Shown here: piece after piece, positions 19,700-28,749 of the stretch
Numbering within the stretch: position 1 is the stretch's first letter
Layout: each line of letters begins with the position of its first letter
From: Gemmatimonadota bacterium
GTDB lineage: Bacteria > Gemmatimonadota > Gemmatimonadetes > Palauibacterales > Palauibacteraceae
NCBI GenBank assembly: GCA_036476995.1
Contig: JAZGCO010000100.1
Span: 16,428 to 80,427 of the forward strand
Reading direction: 5' to 3'
DNA: 64,000 bases
Translations under genes and position numbers: made by a program
Notes under the pieces: generated by a model
The model's database searches: none
Told to the model about the DNA's origin: nothing
Seen by the model: only the letters and a program-made list of their open reading frames with translations

Positions 19700-19715
19700 T
19701 GTTTCCCGTGAAACA
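19700..19715. promoter_or_regulatory. parS centromere-like site
   Basis: tGTTTCcCGTGAAACa matches the 16-bp parS consensus TGTTTCACGTGAAACA at 15 of 16 positions. It lies in the mnmG-parA intergenic region. Confidence 0.6.
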
Positions 19716-19738
19716 TCTAGTGCAGCCTCTAGCGAGCC

Positions 19739-21670
19739 TCAAGAGCGCGCGGCCGAAGGTGACGCGGCAGCTTTGCCCTGCGCTCTGAACTTACGGACCT
19801 CTACCAAGAGTGCGAGCAAGTCGGCTGGGGAAATCCCCGGGATTCGGGAAGCTTGACCGAGCGTCGAAGGACGGATTTGGTCGAGCTTCTGCCTGGCCTC
19901 TGTAGAAAGGGAGACCAGACCTCGATACGGAAGGTCCGACGGCAAGGGAAGCGACTCCCGTTCGCGAAGCTGCCCGGCGCGTTCTTTCTCGCGGCTGATG
20001 TACCCGTCGTATTTGGTCTCCATTTCCAAAACCGTTACAGCGTCCGCACCGAGGGCCGATTCGATTGTCGGCTCCAGTAGTTCTCCCAGTACTCCCAGCT
20101 GAACGCCTGGCCTCTTCAGCAAGCGCTGGGCGGGCTGCGTTTCGCGAAGTTCGGCGCTTCCGATCGACACCAGGTACGAATTGACCCGAGCGGGTAAGGC
20201 GCGAGCCTGTCCAAGCCAGTCCCGGCCACGATCGAGCGCCTCCAGGTGCGAGTCCAGGATTCTCTTCTCGGCGTCCGTCAGAAGGCCGAGTCGCGTGGCC
20301 GTTGGCCCGAGACGCTGGAGACAATTGTCCTGCCGAAGTATCAGGCGAAACTCGGCCCTGGAGGTGAACAGGCGATACGGCTCGTCCACTCCGCGGGTGA
20401 CCAGATCGTCGATCAAGACGCCCAGGTATGCTTCATCGCGGGCCGGGACCCAGGGTTCCCGCTCGGAGACCGCGAGAGCAGCGTTGATGCCGGCTACAAT
20501 GCCCTGTCCGGCCGCCTCCTCGTAGCCTGTCGTGCCGTTGATCTGCCCAGCGAGATAGAGGCCAGGAAGAGGCTTGAGCTCCAGGGTCGACGTTAGCTGC
20601 GTAGGCGTGAAGAAGTCGTACTCTATCGCGTAGCCGGGCTGGGTCATCCGCGTCGCTTCAAGGCCTGGGATGCGGGCCAGAAACCGGCGCTGAACGTCGG
20701 CCGGGAGTGAGGTTGAGAGGCCGTTTACATACAACTCGGCAGTCTCAAGTCCTTCAGGCTCGAGAAACACCCGATGGCTCTCCGCATCGGGAAACTTGAG
20801 CACCTTGTCCTCGATCGACGGGCAGTAGCGGGGGCCCTGGGCTGAACTAGCTCCGGAGTACATCGCCGATTCTGCCAGGTTGTCCGCGACCACTTCCTTG
20901 ACGGCAGGACCCGCCTGAGTGATCCAGCAGGGCCGCTGAGGGAGGATTTCCGCGAGCTCCCAATGTGAAAACCGGAGGCCGTTCAGCTCGCCGTCCTGCC
21001 GTTCGAAACGGCTGAAGTCCACTGTACGGCCATCGATTCGCGGTGGTGTGCCCGTTTTGAATCGCCCCGACTCCAGTCCCAGATCGAGTAGTTGCTCGGC
21101 GAGCGGCACCGAAGGAGCGTCTCCCGCTCGCCCTGCTCCTATCTTCACCGAGCTGCCCATCAAGATCTGGCCGCGGAGAAATGTTCCCGCGGTCAGAATA
21201 GTGCAGCGGGCCCTAAACACTGTCCCGTCCTGGCACTCGACCCCTGCTGCACGACCTCGATCCGTATGGAGCGCAACCACACTGCCCTGATAGAGATCCA
21301 GCCCGGCTTCCAACTCTAGAAGTGTTCGTACGGCACGTGAGTAGAGACCGCGGTCACACTGGGCCCTTGGCGCCCAAACCGCAGGACCCTTCGACCGGTT
21401 GAGCATGCGGAAGTGGAGCGTCGTCTGATCTGCTGCGCGCCCCATGATCCCGCCGAGAGCGTCCACCTCCCGTGCTACCGTACCCTTGGCGATTCCACCG
21501 ATGGCCGGGTTGCACGACATCTGTCCAACACGGGCGAGAAAAGACGTTACCAGCAGTGTCTTCGCTCCCATCCTGGCGGCGGCTCGCGCCGCCTCGCAGC
21601 CGGCATGGCCTCCCCCGATTACCAGAACGTCGTACGACAATTTCTTCGCCCCTCTCCCGATTCCGTCCAT
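19739..21670 (-). CDS. mnmG: tRNA uridine 5-carboxymethylaminomethyl modification enzyme MnmG (GidA)
   Basis: N-terminal FAD-binding motif [16 protein letters not shown] and overall GidA similarity. Start set at the Met preceding the FAD motif. Confidence 0.9.
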   Translation of the reverse strand: MDGIGRGAKKLSYDVLVIGGGHAGCEAARAAARMGAKTLLVTSFLARVGQMSCNPAIGGIAKGTVAREVDALGGIMGRAADQTTLHFRMLNRSKGPAVWAPRAQCDRGLYSRAVRTLLELEAGLDLYQGSVVALHTDRGRAAGVECQDGTVFRARCTILTAGTFLRGQILMGSSVKIGAGRAGDAPSVPLAEQLLDLGLESGRFKTGTPPRIDGRTVDFSRFERQDGELNGLRFSHWELAEILPQRPCWITQAGPAVKEVVADNLAESAMYSGASSAQGPRYCPSIEDKVLKFPDAESHRVFLEPEGLETAELYVNGLSTSLPADVQRRFLARIPGLEATRMTQPGYAIEYDFFTPTQLTSTLELKPLPGLYLAGQINGTTGYEEAAGQGIVAGINAALAVSEREPWVPARDEAYLGVLIDDLVTRGVDEPYRLFTSRAEFRLILRQDNCLQRLGPTATRLGLLTDAEKRILDSHLEALDRGRDWLGQARALPARVNSYLVSIGSAELRETQPAQRLLKRPGVQLGVLGELLEPTIESALGADAVTVLEMETKYDGYISREKERAGQLRERESLPLPSDLPYRGLVSLSTEARQKLDQIRPSTLGQASRIPGISPADLLALLVEVRKFRAQGKAAASPSAARS

Positions 21671-21748
21671 TTGCGTTAACTTGTAGCCGCAATATCGGCA
21701 CTGCACGGTGGCGGGGCTAGTTCAGGACAGTCAGGAATCGCGGTAGGC

Positions 21749-22033
21749 GTGAGCAAAGACGACAACGTCCAACAAGGTTTCGTGGTCCGTGGACGGGTGC
21801 AAGGCGTGGGATATCGCTACTGGGTGGCACGGTTGGCTCGCCGCCATGACATGGCCGGGACCGCGCGAAATACCGCTGATGGTGCTGTCGAAGTCCACGT
21901 GCGCGGCCCTGAAGCCGACATGCCGCGCTTTGAAGCACGGTTGCTTGAAGGGCCTTTCTCGGCGCGAGTTACGAGTGTCACCCGAACCGAATCGGACCAG
22001 GACTTGCCGCTGGAGTTTTGGATCTTGGGCTAG
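21749..22033 (+). CDS. acyP: Acylphosphatase
   Basis: VRGRVQGVGYR and GxVE motifs. 94 aa. Confidence 0.8.
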   Translation: MSKDDNVQQGFVVRGRVQGVGYRYWVARLARRHDMAGTARNTADGAVEVHVRGPEADMPRFEARLLEGPFSARVTSVTRTESDQDLPLEFWILG

Positions 22034-22092
22034 CCACTGGTGTAAGAAGTCTAGCTGCTGTTGCGTGACTATATAGAAAGGGAGGCGACCGC

Positions 22093-22887
22093 ATGATTGA
22101 ACTGCCTGATGTCGAGCGAATGATTGAGGGTTTCGCCGGCTACGCGACTGGCAAAACCGTCAAGCGAATCCATATAGATGACGATTCGATCGATATCACC
22201 GCCGAGGAGGCGCAGGAACACCTCTCCGGCCAGGTAATAGACGCCGTCACGAGACAGGGAAAGTTCGTCGTGATCCGGTTCCGTTCGGCCCACAGTCTGG
22301 TAGTTGATATGGGGTCTGCCGGCAGGATTTATCTGGACTCTCAGACCGCACCGCCGGAAGAGACAAGCAAGATTAGGCTCCAGTTTGCGGCCGGCAAGGA
22401 GCTTCGATTTAGCAGTCCAGGCCAGGAGGGAACGGTCTACATGGTGGCTGGAGACGATTTCTCGGGGCTGGGCTCGCTACAGAGCCTTGGACTGGATCCG
22501 CTAAGTGAGGAGCTCACCGCTGAGGCGTTTGTACGCCTATCACAGGCCCACCCGCGGAGCACGCTCAAGGGACTGCTGATGAACCAGGAGGTGGTGGCTG
22601 GGATCGGCAATGAGTATGCCGATGAAATCTGCTTCCAGGCTGGATACCGGCCGGATCTGAAGATCTCGCTTATGAGCTCGGATCAGTTGGAGAAAACGCA
22701 CCTGTATCTCCGGCGAGTTCTGCGCCGAGCTACCCTGCATTGGCAGGCAGCCCATTCTGATCCCGGCTGGCTGATAAATCACCGTAAAGCAGGCACGGCG
22801 TGTCCGAGATGCACCAACGCCCTCACGTCGATGCGCGTCAGCGGCCGTGCCACTTTTGTGTGCACGCGCTGTCAGCGAGCCGCCTGA
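22093..22887 (+). CDS. Fpg/Nei-family DNA glycosylase homolog with atypical N-terminus (Met-Ile-Glu)
   Basis: H2TH region (VAGIGNEYADEI) and a C-terminal zinc finger (CPRC...CTRC). An aaagggagg RBS precedes the ATG. Residue 2 is Ile instead of the catalytic Pro. Confidence 0.8.
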   Translation: MIELPDVERMIEGFAGYATGKTVKRIHIDDDSIDITAEEAQEHLSGQVIDAVTRQGKFVVIRFRSAHSLVVDMGSAGRIYLDSQTAPPEETSKIRLQFAAGKELRFSSPGQEGTVYMVAGDDFSGLGSLQSLGLDPLSEELTAEAFVRLSQAHPRSTLKGLLMNQEVVAGIGNEYADEICFQAGYRPDLKISLMSSDQLEKTHLYLRRVLRRATLHWQAAHSDPGWLINHRKAGTACPRCTNALTSMRVSGRATFVCTRCQRAA

Positions 22888-22903
22888 GCTTGAGCGCCTA
22901 AAC

Positions 22904-24277
22904 CTACTTTCCAACGCAGAAGCTGCCGAAGACAACGTCCAGTATGTCGTCGGTGGCTACTACGCCAAGCAATTCCTCCAGGGCAAGGGTTGCTTCGGCC
23001 ACGTGTGTAGCCGCGATCTCGGGAGGCCCCGTCTGTAGGACCTCCTGGAATGCTTCGAGTTCCGTTCTGGCGCGCTCAAGAGCTCGCGATTGCCTTATCT
23101 TTGTAATAAAGGGTGGCGAATCTGCGCTCCGGAGACCGCCGAAGGCCTCCTGAGCGAGGCGCTCCCTCAGCGCGGCCAGACCCTCGCCTGTCACTGCGGA
23201 AACAGCAATAGATCCGTCCGGATGCTCAGGTCCGGCAGCGCTCCCTGGCAGCATATCCACCTTGGTCCACACCCTGATCACTCGCCGGGCGTCTCCTACC
23301 GGCCGCTCCTCCTCGAGTTGTGCCAGGAATCGCTCCTCTTCGGGGTCCACGCCCCCTCCGGCCTCGGCGCATAATAGGATCACGTCGGCCGCGGCCAGGT
23401 AGCTTCGCGCTACCTCTACGCCCATTCCTTCCACCTCGTCTGTGGTCGAGCGTAGGCCGGCCGTATCCACCAGCCGGAAGGGGTATCCGTCTACCGCGAT
23501 CACGGACTCGATAGCGTCTCTTGTGGTACCCGGAACCGGCGTAACTATAGCACGTTGCGTTCCATGTAAACTATTGAACAAACTAGACTTACCGACGTTC
23601 GGCCTGCCGGCCAGAACGACCAGGGCGCCGTCCCGTAGGAGCTCCCCCTCGGGAGCCAGGCTCAGGAGTTCTAGCATCTGAGCATGTAGTTCCCTGGCCG
23701 ATGCAGAGATCGTCCCCACGTCCAGGACGCCGTCATCTTCTTCAGGGAAGTCGATATCGTAGGCCAGGAGGGCCTGTAGCTCGAGTAGACCGCGGCGCAA
23801 TTGCTCCACCCGGCACGAAAGTCCTCGCTCCAATTGATGGACAGCTGCGCGCTGCATGGCTGGCGATCGGGCGTCGATAAGGTCTAGGGTGGCCTCCGCC
23901 TGTATCAGATCCAGCTTCCCGTTGAGGTATGCCCGGCGGGTGAACTCTCCACGAGCGGCGGGCGCTGCTCCGGCGGCGATCACGGCGTCCAGCACCCGGT
24001 GCGGCACGATCGCTCCACCGTGCGTGCTGATTTCCAATACATCCTCTCCCGTGTAGGAGGCGGGCGCCGAGAATAGCGTCACCAGGGCGTGATCCAGAAC
24101 CTCGCCGGTCTCGGGGTCGTGTAGGTGACGCTGGCTGCTGTGTCGGGGTTGGAGCCCGGAGAGACCGAGCTGTGAGCAGATTTCAGATACGTCCGGACCG
24201 CTGACCCGGATGAGCGCCACTCCTGCTCTTCCGGGCGCCGTAGATATTGCGGCTACCGTCCGGTTCACAGCGACCAC
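22904..24277 (-). CDS. mnmE: tRNA modification GTPase MnmE (TrmE)
   Basis: G-domain (GRPNVGKSSL) and the C-terminal CVGK motif. Confidence 0.9.
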   Translation of the reverse strand: MVAVNRTVAAISTAPGRAGVALIRVSGPDVSEICSQLGLSGLQPRHSSQRHLHDPETGEVLDHALVTLFSAPASYTGEDVLEISTHGGAIVPHRVLDAVIAAGAAPAARGEFTRRAYLNGKLDLIQAEATLDLIDARSPAMQRAAVHQLERGLSCRVEQLRRGLLELQALLAYDIDFPEEDDGVLDVGTISASARELHAQMLELLSLAPEGELLRDGALVVLAGRPNVGKSSLFNSLHGTQRAIVTPVPGTTRDAIESVIAVDGYPFRLVDTAGLRSTTDEVEGMGVEVARSYLAAADVILLCAEAGGGVDPEEERFLAQLEEERPVGDARRVIRVWTKVDMLPGSAAGPEHPDGSIAVSAVTGEGLAALRERLAQEAFGGLRSADSPPFITKIRQSRALERARTELEAFQEVLQTGPPEIAATHVAEATLALEELLGVVATDDILDVVFGSFCVGK

Positions 24278-24289
24278 AGCCGCTCTTCC

Positions 24290-26083
24290 TCAGCCCGTTT
24301 GCGAGCGGGGCTTCCCTCGCTGCTTTCCAACACTGTCCTCACGCGAGGCTTTCATCTTGGCGTGCGCCGCCCGCCGCTCGCGAGACAGGTAGATCTGCTG
24401 GGGAAGCGAGGCGAGGTTGCTCGTCGTGTAGTAAAGGTTCAGCCCGGACGCAAAATTCAGAAAGATGAAGGTAAGAAAAACCGGCATCGCCCAGCCCATC
24501 ATCTTCATCTGGGCGTTCATCTCCATTCCGCGCTGGCTGATACGCTGAACCAGGAACATCGACGCACCCATGACGAGCGGAATGATATACAGAGGGTCTT
24601 TCAGCGACAGGTCCGGAAGCCACAAGAACGGCACTCCCCTGAACTCAATGGTGCCCTGAAACACGAAGAAGAGCGTAAACAGGATCGGCATCGGCACGAG
24701 CATCGGGAGACAGCCCGACAACGGATTGATGTGATGCTCCTTGTAGAGCTTCACCATCTCCTGCTGCAGCCGCTGCGGGTCCTCCTTGTATCTCGCCTGG
24801 ATATCCTTCATGAGCGGCTGAACCGCCATCTGCTCCATCTGCGACCGCATCGATTTCTGATACAGCGGGAACAGGATAACCCGCATCATCACACCAAATA
24901 CGACCAGCACCCAGCCATAGGCCAGACTAAGTGTGCTGTGGAGCCAGGTGAGCACCACCAACACGATCGCCACCAGGGGGCGCATGATGGGCTGGATCCA
25001 ACTAAAACCGTATGGGTTTACATTCTGCAGGCCTTCGCCGACCGCTTCCAGCCGGCCGTAGTCCTGCGGTCCGAGATACGTCTCGAACGCGAAACCGGCT
25101 GTACCGGCGGGAACTGGCATTGAGGCGGTGATCGCTGCCGCGTGCTCTTGTTCCACGCCCTGCGCCACGAGACCTCCGAAGTCACTCCTGTCCGGATCCG
25201 CTACGAGCGCCACCAGAAAATACTTGTTCTTTATGGCCACCCACCGGAACGGGCCTCCGTCGGCCATGCGGATCTGACCCGCCTTGACCTTGTCCAGGTT
25301 GGTTGCACGGATGCCACCACGGCGATCCTTTACCACATAGGCGAGCTCCCTGTGATCCTCGTCCGGGTTCTTCTCGTTGGTTCTGAGGCCGTTTCCGAGC
25401 GAGACGAGAACGGTATATCCCCGCTCAGGAACACCTTCCAAGCGGCCTTCCGTCTCGATCACGTAAGACCCGGGTGTAAACCGGTACGTGGTCACGAAAG
25501 CCGCATCGGAGCCCGGAAAGCGGTATGTGAACTCCAGCTCGCGGGGCGAATCGCCAGGCCTCAAGAGCAACTCCCGCTCCGACGGCTCGAACGTCGCATT
25601 CTGGAGCGGAACGGTGTCTCGGCCGAGTGTAATGGCGTACTGGAGCAACCGATCGCCGGCACGCACCAATTCCACGCCGGTGAGCCCATTCCCGTTCTCT
25701 ACGTATGAATCGTACTGAGTCAGCTCCGCTCCAATAACCGCTGCGCCGATCGTTGAAAACCGGAGATTGAACACGTCAGTTTGAACACGGATTGTGTCCG
25801 CCGCCTCCCCAGGGCCGCCTGGCAGCGCTGGCTCCAGCCCATCAGCCGGGACGACGGCCGGACTCAGTTGTTCATCTACCGGACGGCCGAGGACGTCAGC
25901 CGCCTGCGCCAGTCCTGGAGCGGTGGGTTCCGCTTCACGTGGGTCTACTCGGGGCGGAGCGGTCGCCTCTGGAGAGTCGGCCCTGAAGGTTTCCGGAGGG
26001 GGTGCTGCCGGCGGAAAGAGGACGTTGGAGAGGATAACTACTCCAATCATCAAGACCACCGCCAGCAGCGCTCGTCTCTGCAT
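24290..26083 (-). CDS. yidC: Membrane protein insertase YidC
   Basis: Large periplasmic domain followed by the conserved 5-TM insertase core. Start set at MQRRALLAVVLMIG, just after the yidD stop. Confidence 0.9.
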   Translation of the reverse strand: MQRRALLAVVLMIGVVILSNVLFPPAAPPPETFRADSPEATAPPRVDPREAEPTAPGLAQAADVLGRPVDEQLSPAVVPADGLEPALPGGPGEAADTIRVQTDVFNLRFSTIGAAVIGAELTQYDSYVENGNGLTGVELVRAGDRLLQYAITLGRDTVPLQNATFEPSERELLLRPGDSPRELEFTYRFPGSDAAFVTTYRFTPGSYVIETEGRLEGVPERGYTVLVSLGNGLRTNEKNPDEDHRELAYVVKDRRGGIRATNLDKVKAGQIRMADGGPFRWVAIKNKYFLVALVADPDRSDFGGLVAQGVEQEHAAAITASMPVPAGTAGFAFETYLGPQDYGRLEAVGEGLQNVNPYGFSWIQPIMRPLVAIVLVVLTWLHSTLSLAYGWVLVVFGVMMRVILFPLYQKSMRSQMEQMAVQPLMKDIQARYKEDPQRLQQEMVKLYKEHHINPLSGCLPMLVPMPILFTLFFVFQGTIEFRGVPFLWLPDLSLKDPLYIIPLVMGASMFLVQRISQRGMEMNAQMKMMGWAMPVFLTFIFLNFASGLNLYYTTSNLASLPQQIYLSRERRAAHAKMKASREDSVGKQRGKPRSQTG

Positions 26084-26084
26084 C

Positions 26085-26324
26085 CTATTTGTGCTCGTGA
26101 CTCGGGTCGGAGAGCGGCACCGGGTCAGGGCCAAGTCCGCCGAACGGATGGCATTTGAGGAGCCTGCGGACACCCAACCACGCGCCCCGCCGGACCCCGT
26201 GCGTGTCGATCGCGATACGCGCGTATTCGGAGCATGTCGGGGTGAAGCGGCAGGCCCCTGGTAGCAACGGCGACACGCCGGCCTGATATGCCTGAATAAC
26301 CAAAAGCAACACTCTCTTCAGCAC
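26085..26324 (-). CDS. yidD: Membrane protein insertion efficiency factor YidD
   Basis: CRFTPTCSEYA and CHPFGGLGPDPVP motifs. Confidence 0.8.
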   Translation of the reverse strand: MLKRVLLLVIQAYQAGVSPLLPGACRFTPTCSEYARIAIDTHGVRRGAWLGVRRLLKCHPFGGLGPDPVPLSDPSHEHK

Positions 26325-26677
26325 CCCACCTCCCGCGTGCAGCGTTCAAAATCGGCCGCCAGAGCCGCAGCGCTCGCGCCGTACGCCTCGGCACGCGCTC
26401 TCACTATCATGTCTCTACTACCACCCGCGTGTCGCCGTGCCGGAAGCCAGCTTGTGCGAGCGATCTCACGCAGCAGCCGCCGGACCTTGTTTCGCTCGAC
26501 AGCGCTATGGCCGCGCTTGGCCACGATCACGGCCAGCCTCGATTCGGACCCGGGCGAGCTGGTTTCGATGATATCAACGAAACGGCCCCGTACGCGTTTC
26601 CCGCCGCGAAACACGGCAGAGATGTCCGTAGTTCTACGTAGCCGGGACTGTCGGGGATAATCGTAGCGAGCTTTCAC
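26318..26677 (-). CDS. rnpA: Ribonuclease P protein component RnpA
   Basis: RNR-like basic motif and position between rpmH and yidD. Confidence 0.8.
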   Translation of the reverse strand: MKARYDYPRQSRLRRTTDISAVFRGGKRVRGRFVDIIETSSPGSESRLAVIVAKRGHSAVERNKVRRLLREIARTSWLPARRHAGGSRDMIVRARAEAYGASAAALAADFERCTREVGC

Positions 26678-26712
26678 CGGATCCTCCGGCGCACGGCTGG
26701 CCGCGCGCCCGC

Positions 26713-26880
26713 CTAGCGGCGGCGCTTCCAGTGGGTCTCGTCGCTCACCGTCAAGGAGTGACGGCCTTTTTTCCGCCGGCGGGACAAGACCGCACGGCCT
26801 GCGCGCGTTTTCATTCGAGCGCGGAAGCCATGATCTTTCAGTCGTTTTCGCCGACTCGGATTTCTATATGTCGGTTGCAT
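26713..26880 (-). CDS. rpmH: 50S ribosomal protein L34 (absent from the ORF track, under 60 aa)
   Basis: Manual translation gives [45 protein letters not shown] plus a 10-aa C-terminal extension. This is L34-like throughout. Confidence 0.7.
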   Translation of the reverse strand: MQPTYRNPSRRKRLKDHGFRARMKTRAGRAVLSRRRKKGRHSLTVSDETHWKRRR

Positions 26881-27086
26881 TATCTATTTCGCTCTTGCGG
26901 CTACTACCGTCGCCACGACACTCGCTAAACAGCCGCATATGCTAGGCGCAAAAAGGTTTGTTGTCAACGTGTTTTCCGGCACCGGTGCTGGGGATTCGGA
27001 AAAGTTTGACAGCCTCTGACAAGCGATCTACGTTGCCCGACCGCCAGTCCCCTTCCGCTCACATTACTACGATACGAAGGTCTTGG

Positions 27087-28463
27087 ATGGAGCTTACGGC
27101 TAGCGAAGTCTGGTCTTCCATAACCGATGCGGCGCGCGAGGTTCTGCCCGAGCAGACGTTCCGGACCTGGCTCGCAGCAACGGAAGCGCTGAGCCTTTCC
27201 GATGATACCCTGGTTGTCGGTGCGCCGACCCGATTCGCGGCTGAATGGATCGAGGACAAGTACGGCGGACGCCTCTCCGAGCTTGCAGGTCGCGTCTTGG
27301 ATCGCCCTCTCGAACTCACCTTTGAGCACCACGGAAGTCTTGAGCGACCCGATTTTCCGGAGTTGCCACCGCTTGGCGAAGTAGGGGGAGACGGTCCGGG
27401 CTCAGCACCGGCGTCTGCGGTCTCTCGGCGGGGCGCGGCCGGTAGCGGCCTGAACGAAAGATACCGGTTCGAACGATTCGTTATCGGCTCGAACAACCAG
27501 TTCGCCGCCGCCGCCTGCCAGGGCGTAGCCGATTCGCCCGCTCAGTTGTACAACCCACTCTTTGTGTACGGCGACACAGGGCTTGGCAAGACGCACCTGA
27601 TGCACGCCATCGGGCACGCGATCCTCGACCGTTTGCCAGACCGGCAGATCGCGTACGTGACATCCGAGCGCTTTACGAACGAAATGATCTCGGCCATTCA
27701 GAGTGGCCAAACCGCGGAGTTCAGGCAGCGGTATAGGTTGATTGATGTCCTCTTACTGGACGATGTGCACTTCCTCGGAAACAAGGAGGGGACTCAGGAG
27801 GAGTTCTTCCACACGTTCAATACGCTCTACGATGCTCACAAACAGATCGTGATTACGAGCGATCGGCCTCCTTCCGAAATCCCAGGCCTTCAGGAGCGCC
27901 TCGTGTCCCGGTTTGAGTGGGGCCTGGTTACCGACATTAAACCTCCGGACTTCGAGACGCGTGTCGCCATTTTGCAGAAGAAGGCGGATGAAGACCGGCT
28001 TGTTCTCGAAGAAGAGGTGATTACGTACATCGCGCGCAACAGAAAGACCTCTGTGCGACAACTCGAGGGCGCTGTTATCAAACTCCTGGCCTATAGTTCG
28101 TTGACTCGACGCGAAATATCGTTGGACCTGGCGCGAGAAGCCCTGGGAGCTCGGCCCGGTGAAGAGCGGGGATCGCCGGTCACCGCCGAGGAAATCCGGC
28201 GGCGCGCGGCAAACGAGTGGGCGGTATCCGTCGAACAGTTGGTCTCGAAGCGGCGCACCAAAACCCTAACGATCCCTCGCCAGGTTGCGATGTATCTGAT
28301 AAAGACATCGCTCGACCTTCCCTACACGGAGATAGGTACCCTGTTCGGTGGCCGGGATCATTCCACGGTGATTCACTCGGTAAACAAGGTGGAGGCAGCA
28401 ATGGTGGGCGACCGAGAGTTACGCTCGCGAGTTCAGCGACTGCAGGACGACCTCGTTCGGTGA
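27087..28463 (+). CDS. dnaA: Chromosomal replication initiator DnaA
   Basis: AAA+ Walker A GDTGLGKTHL and C-terminal DnaA-box binding domain. Start at MELTASEVW. Confidence 0.95.
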   Translation: MELTASEVWSSITDAAREVLPEQTFRTWLAATEALSLSDDTLVVGAPTRFAAEWIEDKYGGRLSELAGRVLDRPLELTFEHHGSLERPDFPELPPLGEVGGDGPGSAPASAVSRRGAAGSGLNERYRFERFVIGSNNQFAAAACQGVADSPAQLYNPLFVYGDTGLGKTHLMHAIGHAILDRLPDRQIAYVTSERFTNEMISAIQSGQTAEFRQRYRLIDVLLLDDVHFLGNKEGTQEEFFHTFNTLYDAHKQIVITSDRPPSEIPGLQERLVSRFEWGLVTDIKPPDFETRVAILQKKADEDRLVLEEEVITYIARNRKTSVRQLEGAVIKLLAYSSLTRREISLDLAREALGARPGEERGSPVTAEEIRRRAANEWAVSVEQLVSKRRTKTLTIPRQVAMYLIKTSLDLPYTEIGTLFGGRDHSTVIHSVNKVEAAMVGDRELRSRVQRLQDDLVR

Positions 28464-28483
28464 TTCGGGGTGTCGGTAATTCT

Positions 28484-28720
28484 GTGGACAAGCGTGGAGC
28501 GCTTGGGACAAAAACCGGGTTACGCCTCTTCGCTGTGGATAGCTGTGGAACACTCGACCACGATCCACAGTTCGTCCACATGGGACATCTAGCCGAAAAG
28601 TAGCTCGGAATGTACGCCTTGAAGCCACCGGTGAGTCTTTTTCAACATACCCACACAGCCTACTATTACTACGTATTTTAGATGTATAGAAGGAAGTACT
28701 AACACCGTCTCTTGAAAACG
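28484..28720. other. oriC candidate: DnaA-box cluster plus AT-rich DNA-unwinding element between dnaA and dnaN
   Basis: Five DnaA-box-like 9-mers: TGTGGACAA at 28484, TGTGGATAG at 28535, TGTGGAACA at 28545, ATCCACAG at 28563 and TCGTCCACA at 28573. They are followed by an AT-rich tract at 28661-28720 in an otherwise GC-rich genome. Confidence 0.6.
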
Positions 28721-28749
28721 TGACATTCTGCCCGGGAAGAAGGTTCTAG

